DNA of 64,000 bases. Source: Opitutales bacterium. Lineage in GTDB: Bacteria; Verrucomicrobiota; Verrucomicrobiia; Opitutales; PNEW01. This document shows positions 29,176 through 39,623 of this stretch, in pieces (position 1 is the stretch's first letter; each line of letters starts with the position of its first letter). Under the pieces are notes generated by a model, which was not told the origin of the DNA, did no database searches, and saw only the letters and a program-made list of their open reading frames with translations. Made by a program: the position numbers and the translations under genes. The stretch spans positions 1,440,001 through 1,504,000 of the forward strand of contig CBDANS010000006.1 of assembly GCA_965197745.1 (NCBI GenBank), read 5' to 3'.

Positions 29176-31593
29176 TTAACTCAGATTCTTATCGCCCGTT
29201 TTCCTGATAATAGAAGGGGAAAACTTATCCGCCGCATATTTATCTTCGTAATAACCGACTTTGGCATTTTCATTCAGCTTGACTTGCCAATTCCGCTCCA
29301 GTTTTTCGTCAAATTTCACGGTTACACGCAAAACATGTATCTCCATCATTTCACAGCTGCAATTTTCAAAAGATAACGGCGCGATATCATCTTCGAGGTA
29401 AAAATAGAGAGCGTGTTCAGTGTGTGGCGGGCCTGCCGTTCTACCTGTAATTACCCGATCTTGTAAATCATATCGCCACTCCTCGACGGCAAATGCACCG
29501 GTTATGTGGCGGTCCGATCCGATGAGTGTAACTTCCTTTTGCTTCTCGGTTGCGAATACCACCTGACAGGTAAAAGGGGGAAGCGAGACGGCATATTCAT
29601 CATTGAGTGTTCCGAGGAACCTTTTGTCCCAGAAGTCGAATAAGAAAAAGGCCCCCTTACTTTCAACCACCTCGTTCTGTTTGAACGATACTCTGATTTG
29701 TTCATCCTTATTCCAGTTAAACAAGCCAACGACAGTGTGGCCACCATCTCCAGATTGAGAGACCGGGAGCACCCATATACTGAGAGGATTTTTTTCGGCC
29801 ATCAAGTCGAGCGGGTAAGCACGACCCGGATAGACAGGCAGAGCGCGGGTATAAAGATAAAACCGTTCGTCGGATGTTCTCTCCAACGCACCTCCCACGA
29901 AAAAACACCAACAGTTGATGCTGTAGAGCGAGATCAACGCTTTCGCTTTCTCAAAGGGGGTAATTATCTTTTGCGAGAGAGGAATCTTTGAATCCCAGAA
30001 AAAAGGTCTTTCCGCGATGTCGATAAATTCAGGGTCTAAATGAAACCATTTTCCATGATAGAAGTAACGCTGGGCCATTTGATGGAGCAGAATCGTTTCC
30101 ATACTGCCACGAAAGTCCTGAGCGGCGCGCGAACTATCGACGATCCCAATCGTTTGCGTGGGATGGGTGCTTGAGATAAAAATATCGGGCCCTACTAGCT
30201 CTCTTATGCGCTGAATTCTGTTCCGGTAAGCTTCGATTAAAGTAATATCAGTTTGATAATTTTGCGATCCACCTCCGATAAAGAGATAGTCGAAACCCCA
30301 GTCATCAGTATACTTTTTTTTAATCCATTTGGCCGCCGCTTCGTCCCATTCACGCTTACCCCCCTTTATATGCTGGAACTCTACAAAGTGAAAGCCAGCT
30401 TGGAAACCACGCTTGTGAATCTCTTCATTAAAACTTTTGATGCCTTCTGGAAAATAATCATCCAGTTTGAATCCCTCGGCCAGGCCTTGATAGTCAGAAC
30501 GAGAAGCATCAATCTTTTTTAGAACTTCATCGGGAATAGTTGATCGCCAGTCGAAATCGTCGGGGGCGACTTCATTAGCCTCGCCTACCGCAAGCGTATA
30601 CATAATGGTGGTCAGGCCGTATTTCTGTAGATGTTTCTGAAGTATATCCATATTGGCGGTTAATCGCTTACTGGTCACATATTCAGGATTAATATTGCGG
30701 AATGACGGATCGCAGGCGTAGTCGCCCCATAGGCCGGCAGGGGGATCGTAGCGTAACTTTATTTCAAGATAATCGCGGACATAATCCGCGTGTTTATCCA
30801 GCGCGTTATGGATAGAGATTGAGTTAGCAAATGAAAACCTGCAATCGATGGATCGACCTGCTCCCAGGAAGAGTGGATGGATAGGGATAATTTCCGCATT
30901 CGGGTTGGCCGCTACTACGCCACCGGGCCCAATCCACGGATAATTATTTTTAGTCTCCTGCAGAGCCGACGCATAGAGTTTAACCCGGGAATTATCGCGG
31001 GAAAAAACATAGCGATAAAAAGCTTTGGGAGCGGCTCCCATGCCAATAACAAAATTTATGTTTCTGGCGGGATTATTTATTGCCGTAGACCAGTAAGCTT
31101 CAATTTGCGAACCGCTGTTAAGCCCCGTTGTTACCTCTTCGAGGAATCTCGAATACCAGAGAAATCCTCCCATGTTCGGGCTGCAGTTTAAGACACGACA
31201 CTTTTCTTTTTCGTCCCAGTCCTCGAATAGTGTTCCATCAATAGCGAATATGTCTTCGACCTTGAGGGTGTCGGAACCATTGTTTGTCACTGATAATGCA
31301 ACGGCCCTGGTGGGGGCGTTTTCATAACAGTAAAGTTGCCAGATAAACGACAGTTTATGCGCATCGTTGACAAACTCAGCAATGACGCATTCACCGGACC
31401 CGGCTGTATCGGAAAAAGGCTTCTTTTCTGATTGAATTAATTTCCCAAAAATCTTTTCCCCGCCCACGAGATGGGCGCCTACTCGACTTTCTTTGATCGT
31501 AATCCCGTCCGCCGTATCCAGGGTCCACGTATCAGTTGTCGTATCAAAGTTAATTTCTTCCTTATTAACTAAAGTGAATTTATTCTCTTTCAT
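29176..31593 (-). CDS. Divergent GH36/GH27 (clan D)-like glycoside hydrolase homolog
   Basis: FPEGIK..EEIHKRGFQAG, WGFDYL, GIVDSSR...D, WFHLDPE, VVGLFNW, YLFDFW-like, GSDRHIT architecture. Confidence 0.6.
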   Translation of the reverse strand: MKENKFTLVNKEEINFDTTTDTWTLDTADGITIKESRVGAHLVGGEKIFGKLIQSEKKPFSDTAGSGECVIAEFVNDAHKLSFIWQLYCYENAPTRAVALSVTNNGSDTLKVEDIFAIDGTLFEDWDEKEKCRVLNCSPNMGGFLWYSRFLEEVTTGLNSGSQIEAYWSTAINNPARNINFVIGMGAAPKAFYRYVFSRDNSRVKLYASALQETKNNYPWIGPGGVVAANPNAEIIPIHPLFLGAGRSIDCRFSFANSISIHNALDKHADYVRDYLEIKLRYDPPAGLWGDYACDPSFRNINPEYVTSKRLTANMDILQKHLQKYGLTTIMYTLAVGEANEVAPDDFDWRSTIPDEVLKKIDASRSDYQGLAEGFKLDDYFPEGIKSFNEEIHKRGFQAGFHFVEFQHIKGGKREWDEAAAKWIKKKYTDDWGFDYLFIGGGSQNYQTDITLIEAYRNRIQRIRELVGPDIFISSTHPTQTIGIVDSSRAAQDFRGSMETILLHQMAQRYFYHGKWFHLDPEFIDIAERPFFWDSKIPLSQKIITPFEKAKALISLYSINCWCFFVGGALERTSDERFYLYTRALPVYPGRAYPLDLMAEKNPLSIWVLPVSQSGDGGHTVVGLFNWNKDEQIRVSFKQNEVVESKGAFFLFDFWDKRFLGTLNDEYAVSLPPFTCQVVFATEKQKEVTLIGSDRHITGAFAVEEWRYDLQDRVITGRTAGPPHTEHALYFYLEDDIAPLSFENCSCEMMEIHVLRVTVKFDEKLERNWQVKLNENAKVGYYEDKYAADKFSPSIIRKTGDKNLS

Positions 31594-31866
31594 GATTCCC
31601 TATATGCTAAATTATGTCATTTGTGGATGCCATTCCTAGTATTACGCTGCGTGGTTATAATAGAGTATGCTACGAAAAGTTATCACCGCAATCTCTTAAA
31701 TGCTGGGAAAGTGTGAGACTGGAAAGATGCTGGTTGTTTAAATTGTAGATTTTTCGATCCGCCGCCACCTCGTAGCGGCAGGACTGTAGCGTGAGAGTTT
31801 TACGATATGGTGAATAATAATATAGTAATCACACGCGCTAAGAGAGCCCAAATATCGATTTTCCTT

Positions 31867-31973
31867 TTGTCATCGCGAAGGAGGTGATGCCGACTGTGGC
31901 GATCCAGGGGAATGTCTGTAGCGTAACGCCGGCCCCCTGGATTGCTTCGTCGCGCTACTCCTCGCAATGACAA
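31867..31973. repeat. Palindromic element TTGTCATyGCGA...TCGCAATGACAA
   Basis: Terminal IR plus inner IR ATCCAGGGG/CCCCTGGAT; shorter copy at 60862-60919. Confidence 0.75.
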
Positions 31974-31981
31974 ATTGGAAT

Positions 31982-32929
31982 TCAATCTAAGCGGGATAGC
32001 TGCTCCAATTTTGCCAATACGGTCTGAATATTATTTCGCAGCTCGTCGGCTGAACCTGGGGTGTAATCATAAAATCCTTTACCCGTTTTCACACCCAACT
32101 CCCCGCGAGCGACTTTATCCTTAAGCAATGAAGACAGCTCCGTAGAGGAATCAATTTCCGGTAAGAGGTTGGATGTCACCGCCGAGAGGACGTCCCATCC
32201 TCCGAAGTCCAAAATCGTAAAAATACCGGCCGCAGCCCAGCGACGGCCAAGGCTGTTTTTTATGACGGTGTCAACATCCTCCGGGCTTGCTATACCACGC
32301 TCAACAATGGAAAGACTTTCGCGTAATAGCGCTACCTGCAGACGATTCACAATAAAGCCGGGTGTTTCCTTCTGCAGTATCACGGGCCGCTTTCCCAGCT
32401 TAAACAATAAATCATAAATGGTGTTTACGGTATCATCCGATGTTTCACTATGGCGGACAATTTCGACGAGAGGGATGAGATAAGGAGGATTGAGATAATG
32501 AACAACCAGAACTTTGTCCGGTCGATGTGTCGCGGATGCGAGCTTACTTGGTAGCAGGGTAGATGTGTTGCTTCCTAATAGCGTGTGGGCCGGGCATAAT
32601 TTATCAAGTTCTCCAAAAATCTTCTGTTTTAACTCCAGGTTTTCGGTAACCGCTTCGATTACAAAATCGGCTTCAGAGACACAATCTTCTAACGCGGTGC
32701 TAACCTGAATATTGTTCAAGACGGGAGATGCCTGTTCTTCCGTTACCATTTCAAGTTGGGTAAGTCTTATTAAGTTTGCCCTAATATTTTCAATTGCCTG
32801 ATGAAGCGCTTCGTCATTCAGATCATGCAAGCTGACCTGGTAACCTCCTAACGCGAATTCCTGAGCAAGCCCATGCCCCATTAATCCCGCACCGATTACG
32901 GCGATTTTTGTGATTCCATCTTCACTCAT
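31982..32929 (-). CDS. 3-hydroxyacyl-CoA dehydrogenase family protein
   Basis: IGAGLMGHG, EAVTENLELK, SNTS, PGFIVNRLQ, GVKTGKGFY. Confidence 0.92.
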   Translation of the reverse strand: MSEDGITKIAVIGAGLMGHGLAQEFALGGYQVSLHDLNDEALHQAIENIRANLIRLTQLEMVTEEQASPVLNNIQVSTALEDCVSEADFVIEAVTENLELKQKIFGELDKLCPAHTLLGSNTSTLLPSKLASATHRPDKVLVVHYLNPPYLIPLVEIVRHSETSDDTVNTIYDLLFKLGKRPVILQKETPGFIVNRLQVALLRESLSIVERGIASPEDVDTVIKNSLGRRWAAAGIFTILDFGGWDVLSAVTSNLLPEIDSSTELSSLLKDKVARGELGVKTGKGFYDYTPGSADELRNNIQTVLAKLEQLSRLD

Positions 32930-33096
32930 ATTTTTGTGATATAATTGTTTATTTCTATCTTACTCAAAAAAACATATTTGCGCAATTGATCGTTCATCAT
33001 ATTTCACATTATTATCCCCTGATAGTTGCCATGTCGATCCATTAACGGTTGACTCAAAAATAATAATGGCTTCTTTATCCGTTAGCCCAGAGAGCT

Positions 33097-34155
33097 ATGA
33101 GCACCACCCCGCATGAAGAGCGTATTCGGACGGTTTGTCTTCTTTTCCTCAGCGCTATCGGTATCGGTGTTGCCCTCTTCTTTTTAAAACCGGTCCTTAT
33201 TCCTTTTGTCCTGGCGGTTTTCTTTACTTATTGTCTCTTACCGGTGATCGATATATTACGACACCGTCTTCGGGCGCCGCGTTCAGTGGCCATAATTGCA
33301 ACATTTCTTTTTGGGTGCATTCTTCTCGCCTTGATTGGCGTGTTAATTGCGGCGTCCGTAGGACAGATGTCCACCCATGCCGACATCTATCAAACACAAT
33401 TCAAGCAACTCCTGGACAGGTTCATGGCGGCTCTTCCTCTGGATCAGTTTGGTGTTCAACCTGCAGACATCACGAGTACCCTTTTAGACAACCTTGAGAA
33501 TGTTGTAGGGAGTGTTGTTGCCGGGACGATCAGCTCAATTATGAGCGTCCTTTCCAATGGTCTCCTGGTTTTGATCTTTCTACTCTTTCTCCTTTTAAGC
33601 AGAACAGCGAGTGATGAATCAGCACGGGGATTGCTCGGTGAGATCGAGGAGCGTATAAAACGTTTCATCATTACTAAAGTTCTTATCTCGGTGCTGACGG
33701 GCATACTAGTGGGGGTAATTCTCGCGATTCTTGGCGTTCCCTTCGCTTTTGTATTTGGGGTCCTCGCTTTTCTTTTCAATTTTATTCCCAGTATCGGATC
33801 AATAATCGCGACCCTTATGCCTCTCCCTGTTATTCTGCTTAACCCCGAGCTCGCCATGCCCGCCAAAGTTCTGGCCATTGTCATACCAGGGGTGATTCAA
33901 TTTTCGGTTGGTAATATTATTGAACCGAAATTTATGGGCAGATCACTGGATCTGCACCCCATCGTCATACTCATGGCATTAATTTTCTTTGGAATGATCT
34001 GGGGAATTATCGGGATGTTCCTGGCGACGCCCATTACCGCAGTAGTAAAAATTGTATTTGAAAAGATTGAGATCACTCGACCCGTGGCAGAATTACTTGC
34101 CGGGCGGATGAGCGCATTAATGGCTGAAACGGATGATGCTGCTGCTACCACTTAA
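33097..34155 (+). CDS. AI-2E family transporter
   Basis: Multi-TM; NFIPSIGS, GNIIEPKFMG..LDLHP, WGIIGMFLATP. Confidence 0.9.
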   Translation: MSTTPHEERIRTVCLLFLSAIGIGVALFFLKPVLIPFVLAVFFTYCLLPVIDILRHRLRAPRSVAIIATFLFGCILLALIGVLIAASVGQMSTHADIYQTQFKQLLDRFMAALPLDQFGVQPADITSTLLDNLENVVGSVVAGTISSIMSVLSNGLLVLIFLLFLLLSRTASDESARGLLGEIEERIKRFIITKVLISVLTGILVGVILAILGVPFAFVFGVLAFLFNFIPSIGSIIATLMPLPVILLNPELAMPAKVLAIVIPGVIQFSVGNIIEPKFMGRSLDLHPIVILMALIFFGMIWGIIGMFLATPITAVVKIVFEKIEITRPVAELLAGRMSALMAETDDAAATT

Positions 34156-34195
34156 CGCTTGAAATGGAGTAAGCTTAATTTATGATTTATGTGAG

Positions 34196-35089
34196 ATGAA
34201 AAATATTATGATTACCAGAATTCTGATTTTTGCCAACATGCTATTTTTACTTAGTTCATGCGCCAAGGCACCGGAGAACCTGGAAGAAGCCATTCACGAA
34301 GCCTCAGCGAATGGAGACGCGATCAAAATTAAAGAAATTCTCGAAAAAGCACCCGAGCTGGCAAACCATCTTAAAAAGGATGCGGCAAGGAGAGATCGAA
34401 CGCCACTCCACGGGGCAGCGACAAGAGAAGTTGCGGAGATACTCGTGTCTTATGGAGCGGACTTTAACGCGGAGGATCGTTTTAACTGGACTCCTTTACA
34501 TACCGCGAATAACAGGGAAGTGGCAGAGTATCTCATCAGCAAGGGAGCTGATGTTCACACTGAGGCCGCGCGTCAATTTACCCCGTTGCACACCGTGGAT
34601 AATGCGGGAGCGGCGGAGGCGTTGATCAAGCATCGCGCTGACGTCAATCGCCAGGCTAATCAGAAGATAACTCCTTTGTACTGGCAGATACAGAACGGCC
34701 ATGCCGAGGTGGTGCGAGTTCTCCTGGAGAAACGAGCTAACTGGCGTGAACGATTGAATGATGGAAAGACCCTTCTCCATTTTGCAGCCGATAGAAACAA
34801 CCCAGAAATCGTTGAACTGTTCGTTAAAAAAGGACTGAGTGTGAATTCCGTCGATAAAATAAGAGCGACACCCTTACATTATGCGGTGTATAAGGACCGG
34901 CCCAAAGTCGCTGAGGTATTGCTCAAAAACGGTGCCAACCCCAACTTAAAATTATCAAGTGAAGCAGCGGTCATTACTTATGGTGCGTCTAATCTGCCCT
35001 CAGAAAAAGCAGTGGGAGGATTTACTCCACTGGCACTCGCGGAGTCGGAAGAAATGAAAGCACTATTGCGTCAACACGACGCGCGTTAA
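34196..35089 (+). CDS. Ankyrin-repeat lipoprotein
   Basis: Lipobox LSSC; repeated TPLH...GAD motifs. Confidence 0.88.
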   Translation: MKNIMITRILIFANMLFLLSSCAKAPENLEEAIHEASANGDAIKIKEILEKAPELANHLKKDAARRDRTPLHGAATREVAEILVSYGADFNAEDRFNWTPLHTANNREVAEYLISKGADVHTEAARQFTPLHTVDNAGAAEALIKHRADVNRQANQKITPLYWQIQNGHAEVVRVLLEKRANWRERLNDGKTLLHFAADRNNPEIVELFVKKGLSVNSVDKIRATPLHYAVYKDRPKVAEVLLKNGANPNLKLSSEAAVITYGASNLPSEKAVGGFTPLALAESEEMKALLRQHDAR

Positions 35090-35103
35090 GCAAAAGAATT
35101 CTA

Positions 35104-36030
35104 TTATTTCTTTATCTGCAATCCTTCCAGGACTTGCTTAGACATTTTACAGATCATCGTATAAGCCGGATCGTAAACATTACCCATGTCATATTCTACC
35201 GTTTGCCCCATTAACAGGTGCGCGGCTCGTGTGCTGAGACCATAATCTTCCTCTAACCAACGCACCATCTCTGTCGTCGCGTGTTCGACACATTGAACAA
35301 GGGGGCGGGCATTTCCTACGGTCATAATATGCGTATCATTTTCGGCCCGGGGCCAATTGATGGTTTTACCCTTTTGGAGACGAACGGTAAATGTTACGTC
35401 GAAAGAGATTTCCATACCGGTGCCAACGATTTCACCATCGCCCTGCGCGGCATGACCGTCACCCAGGTGAAAGAGGGCCCCTTGTGCTTCTACAGGAAAA
35501 TAAACAGTAACCCCCTGAACAAAACCGTTGTAATCCATGTTGCCGCCGTGGGTGGATGAAGTAGCGGTGGAAATGGCCTGTCCACCGGGTGGTGCTACGC
35601 CAAAACAGCCGGGCATGGGGCGCAGTGGGATGCTTAAATTATCCAGTGGAGGGTCAACATCCAGGGGTCTTGCCGTATTTTTTTCGAGATCGATTTCCCA
35701 CTCTATCTTTACCTTATCATCATCAAATTGAGGGTGGTAAAGGGGGTCGAGGACATTGGGGGCGATGGCACAACGGGTCCAGGCTGTCTTTCGATTGGGA
35801 GTGATTTTATCAAAAGTTACGGCCAATGAATCTCCGAGTTCGGCACCTTCGATGTAAAATGGGCCTGTCATCGGATTGCCGCGCTTACCGACTTGTTTAT
35901 TTTCAGCATCAATTCCCCAGGCATCGATCGTAGTGGTAGAGACCGTGTCTCCATCAGCGATATGCAGGACCGGCTCGTGAGAACCTATCGTATTATAGTA
36001 AATTTCGGGCGTGAATTGATGATGAGGCAA
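35104..36030 (-). CDS. Acetamidase/formamidase family protein
   Basis: NPMTGPFYIEGA, HGGNMD, GDGHAAQGDGEIVGTG. Confidence 0.92.
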   Translation of the reverse strand: MPHHQFTPEIYYNTIGSHEPVLHIADGDTVSTTTIDAWGIDAENKQVGKRGNPMTGPFYIEGAELGDSLAVTFDKITPNRKTAWTRCAIAPNVLDPLYHPQFDDDKVKIEWEIDLEKNTARPLDVDPPLDNLSIPLRPMPGCFGVAPPGGQAISTATSSTHGGNMDYNGFVQGVTVYFPVEAQGALFHLGDGHAAQGDGEIVGTGMEISFDVTFTVRLQKGKTINWPRAENDTHIMTVGNARPLVQCVEHATTEMVRWLEEDYGLSTRAAHLLMGQTVEYDMGNVYDPAYTMICKMSKQVLEGLQIKK

Positions 36031-36203
36031 TTGGCGATTTCCGATTTTTGATTTCCGATTGAACCTGGTGGTTATTAAAAACTTATTCTTATATCAAGTA
36101 TCTTAAATCTATATTTATCTTGTGCTTTTTGTGGCTTTCTTGCTTTTTTATCAATCGAAAATCGGCAATCGTACCGAGGGCAAAGCCCGACATCCTCCAA
36201 ATT

Positions 36204-37340
36204 CTACACTTTATTTTTCTCAATGTAGTCAAAATTGATCTTCAATCCCAGTCCTGGATCCTGAGACACGTGGACAAAACCTTCGCTATCTAGGGAATCG
36301 GAGATTTCATGAAGCCAGGGTGGGGGTTTATCGTAGTCGATAAAAGGGTGTAACAAACCGCGTTCATAATACTGACCAGCAATGCCCATGGCGCAGAGGA
36401 CGTGAAGGTTGCCGGGACCGCCACCGTGAACTTCCATTCTCATCCCAAAAGATTCGCAGAGATGGGCTGTTTTAATCAAAGGGGTGATACCTCCAAGATC
36501 GCCTACTCCTCCCCGAATAATGTCGCTCGCTCCACGTTTAATCCACTCAGCCCGGGTGAAATGTTTACCTTCGGCGGTTTCCGGACCGACCACGGGAATG
36601 TCGAGATGCTCGGTAAGCCACACATAGGATGAGACACTTTGCTCATCCATCGGTTCTTCAATCCAATGATAATTTAATTTCTCCAGTTCGCGTCCTATGT
36701 ATAGCGCCTCATGCCGGTCATAAAAATGATAGGAATCTAACATGAGATCGATATCGTCACCGACGCGTTCTCTCACCGCGCGACAGGCGGCCACATCCAT
36801 TTTTGGATCCGGAGCCCATTCGATGGGCGGCATCCAGGTGTGCAGTTTAATTGCTTTATAACCGCGTTCGATACTCATTTGAGCAAAATCGCCGTAGGCC
36901 TCGGGAGTATTCAAGCCGCCTTCCAATTCGTCGCCGCACATGCTACTCGCATAGGCTGGAACCTTGTCGCGAAAAGCGCCTAACAATTTATGTACCGGTT
37001 GGTTCGCACTACGCCCCGCTAAATCCCACAGGGCCATGTCCACTACCGCAATCTCGCGATCCGAAAGCCCGCTTTTATGGATCCGCTGCCATTGATTAAG
37101 ACGCTGCCAGATTTTTTCACGATAAAGGGGGTCTTCTCCGACAATAGCTGATTTTACGATATGCTCCATCACCCGGGGATCACCGCCAAAACAATAGCCC
37201 TCGATACTCTCATCGGTAATGATACGAGTCAGGGTCTGGGTTGCTTCATGCTCCTCTCCAGGATGACCATGGCCCTCGGAATCTCTGACCTGATTTGAGA
37301 GGTAAGTAAACTGATCAACGCGGACATCGACGATCTTCAT
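36204..37340 (-). CDS. Mandelate racemase/muconate lactonizing (enolase superfamily) enzyme
   Basis: DMALWDLAG, IKLH, LMLD, WIEEP, GPE, GGIT, EVHG, PGLG. Confidence 0.9.
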   Translation of the reverse strand: MKIVDVRVDQFTYLSNQVRDSEGHGHPGEEHEATQTLTRIITDESIEGYCFGGDPRVMEHIVKSAIVGEDPLYREKIWQRLNQWQRIHKSGLSDREIAVVDMALWDLAGRSANQPVHKLLGAFRDKVPAYASSMCGDELEGGLNTPEAYGDFAQMSIERGYKAIKLHTWMPPIEWAPDPKMDVAACRAVRERVGDDIDLMLDSYHFYDRHEALYIGRELEKLNYHWIEEPMDEQSVSSYVWLTEHLDIPVVGPETAEGKHFTRAEWIKRGASDIIRGGVGDLGGITPLIKTAHLCESFGMRMEVHGGGPGNLHVLCAMGIAGQYYERGLLHPFIDYDKPPPWLHEISDSLDSEGFVHVSQDPGLGLKINFDYIEKNKV

Positions 37341-37360
37341 AAATATAATATTAAAAACAA

Positions 37361-38611
37361 TTAATCTATTACTGGGGGGTCAGCTATAACCCGCGTTTTA
37401 CGGCCCTTTTGAATCGATTTAATTTGTTTATTAGCATTCGCCACTTCCTTGTCATTGATAAGCGCGGTATATTCAATTGTAAAGTCTCTGCTCTCTCCTC
37501 CTTTAAGTTTGGGGATCCTGCCAAACTTCCGCTCGATACGTCGATTATATGGAAAACTGGTACCCGGTTCCAGTCCTGTGACATACCCTTCTTCCAAGGC
37601 GGATGTATTCTTCCATAAATTTACAATCGGAAGCTGGTCCACAGAAAAGGCCATCGATAATCCGCGATCGGCTGCGTTGTTTTGGATCATGATTTGAGTC
37701 ATCTTATTCTCATCGGCATAGAGGTGCATGCAGTAAACTTGCTCAATGAATCCAAGGACCGGTTTCTCGTAAACTTTGTATCGGTTTATAGACTTTGCAG
37801 CGTGATCATTAAAGGGAAAGACCTCTTTGACCGCGCCAACAAACTGTGCGCCTTTTTCCAAAAGAGGGGGGCCAAAATTAACATGATAAAGTATTTCAAA
37901 CTCCTGATCAAACCCGCCATGATTGGTAATCCTGTCGTCCATGCGGAGAGAATGGGATCCGGGGATTGTGGAGAATTCAGTCCACAGCTCAAACTTTGGA
38001 CCGTAAAACATTCTTTCATAAACAATACCACGAATGCGAAGGCGGTGTGGAGGTTTTCGGTCAATCAACACTTCAACTTCAGAAGCAGGAATATTTGCGA
38101 TTTTGCCATGTAGCGTTAATTCCATCTCCGCTTCGTTGCCCGCATTATCGATAAATTTATCACTGCCTGGATGTCCCATAAATTCAATGCCGCAGCGGAC
38201 CATCCATTCATTAAAACCATCCAGCCATCCGAGTCCTCCTCGCTCCTGCAGATTGATGTATTGGGGATGGACGACTTCTTTAACCGGCGAGTCCCATCCC
38301 AGAAACACATCTCCCAATTTCGCTTTCAGTATCCCCATACCCCGCGTCGGAATCACTGTGAAACTCAGTTTCCCGTTGTCCACTTCGATAATATCTACAC
38401 CCTCCTGCTTTCCGCCGTGCAGGGTATATTTTCGAATGGACCATGGGGTGGCGCTTTTAAAATCAACGTCATTGTGGGATATCTGCCAATTATCTAAATG
38501 AATGCCGCGCCTGGCGCTGGTTAAAACTTGAAAGATTTGCTCACGCCCAAATAACGGAATGAAAAGCCAGGTGAGGAGAAGAAAAGTTAAATATATTTTC
38601 ATAATTTTCAT
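37361..38611 (-). CDS. DUF4432 aldose-1-epimerase-like protein with signal peptide
   Basis: [36 protein letters not shown]. Confidence 0.85.
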   Translation of the reverse strand: MKIMKIYLTFLLLTWLFIPLFGREQIFQVLTSARRGIHLDNWQISHNDVDFKSATPWSIRKYTLHGGKQEGVDIIEVDNGKLSFTVIPTRGMGILKAKLGDVFLGWDSPVKEVVHPQYINLQERGGLGWLDGFNEWMVRCGIEFMGHPGSDKFIDNAGNEAEMELTLHGKIANIPASEVEVLIDRKPPHRLRIRGIVYERMFYGPKFELWTEFSTIPGSHSLRMDDRITNHGGFDQEFEILYHVNFGPPLLEKGAQFVGAVKEVFPFNDHAAKSINRYKVYEKPVLGFIEQVYCMHLYADENKMTQIMIQNNAADRGLSMAFSVDQLPIVNLWKNTSALEEGYVTGLEPGTSFPYNRRIERKFGRIPKLKGGESRDFTIEYTALINDKEVANANKQIKSIQKGRKTRVIADPPVID

Positions 38612-38635
38612 GATAGATATAATTATTTTTAAGGG

Positions 38636-39433
38636 TTATAATCCTAGATCTTTCATCAGTTGGATTTTTTTCATGCGCAACGGACCAGCGGTTTCAAATA
38701 TCCGATCGGTGAAGAGGCGGCCGGTATCCGGTGACCATTCCGCGCCATAAGACTTGTTTAAGCTGACGATGCGTTCGATTTCCCAATCCATGCGGGGATG
38801 CGTTCGCATCATCCATGCCATTTGCCGGCGTTTATCGCCACCGCCCCAGGAGGCATGCTGGATCCTCGTATTGAAGACAATCAAATCCCCTTTCTCAATC
38901 GTCAGTTCATACCTTCCGGGAAACTGGTTCGTGGGGTAACCTACTACCAGTTCGTCAATCTGTATTTTTTCGAAAGTATCGCTTAAGTGCAGCGGCCAAT
39001 GATGGCTTCCTGGAATGAAGCTTAAACATCCTTTACCGGGTTCGATTTCATCGAGGTAAAAAGTCTGTTTCATGTCAATCGCCGGCTCAGGCATATTGCC
39101 ATCGCGATGCCAGTTGGTATTTCCGAAGTGAATCTGCCCGTCAGAACTGCCATAGAAAATGCAATCCTCACCGAGGATATCTTCAGCGACGGCAGACAGC
39201 CTGGGATGGTCGAGTAGGTTATAAAAATAGGGGTCCGCTTCAATTAAGGGGATGATCACGCGATGCCCGTCGGGAAATATCCGGTGGCCGGGAGCTGAAT
39301 CATCGTCCTGCGCTTTATCCATGACCGTGTCAAATCGTTTGGAATACTCATCTATCTCTTCGTGGGTGAGCACCCCGGGAATCCTAAGGAAACCCAGCAG
39401 ATGAAAATGGGTTTTCTGGTCGTCTGTTAACAT
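38636..39433 (-). CDS. PhyH-family Fe(II)/2OG dioxygenase, copy 1
   Basis: WHRD, IPGSH, QHASWGG..RR. Confidence 0.9.
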   Translation of the reverse strand: MLTDDQKTHFHLLGFLRIPGVLTHEEIDEYSKRFDTVMDKAQDDDSAPGHRIFPDGHRVIIPLIEADPYFYNLLDHPRLSAVAEDILGEDCIFYGSSDGQIHFGNTNWHRDGNMPEPAIDMKQTFYLDEIEPGKGCLSFIPGSHHWPLHLSDTFEKIQIDELVVGYPTNQFPGRYELTIEKGDLIVFNTRIQHASWGGGDKRRQMAWMMRTHPRMDWEIERIVSLNKSYGAEWSPDTGRLFTDRIFETAGPLRMKKIQLMKDLGL

Positions 39434-39623
39434 GGTTTCAAATCCAGTAGATTAAATGGGATTAATGGTATTGATGCTCTATCCCATTCGGTTTTAAAAG
39501 GAAAATCGACTCGAATCAGCTATGTATTTTTTATTCTCACTACTAAGCTCTTGAATTCGACATGAGAAAGTGCTGCTTTCGTTAGATAGAATTTAAATCT
39601 GAACCATTAAACCTGTAGCTATT

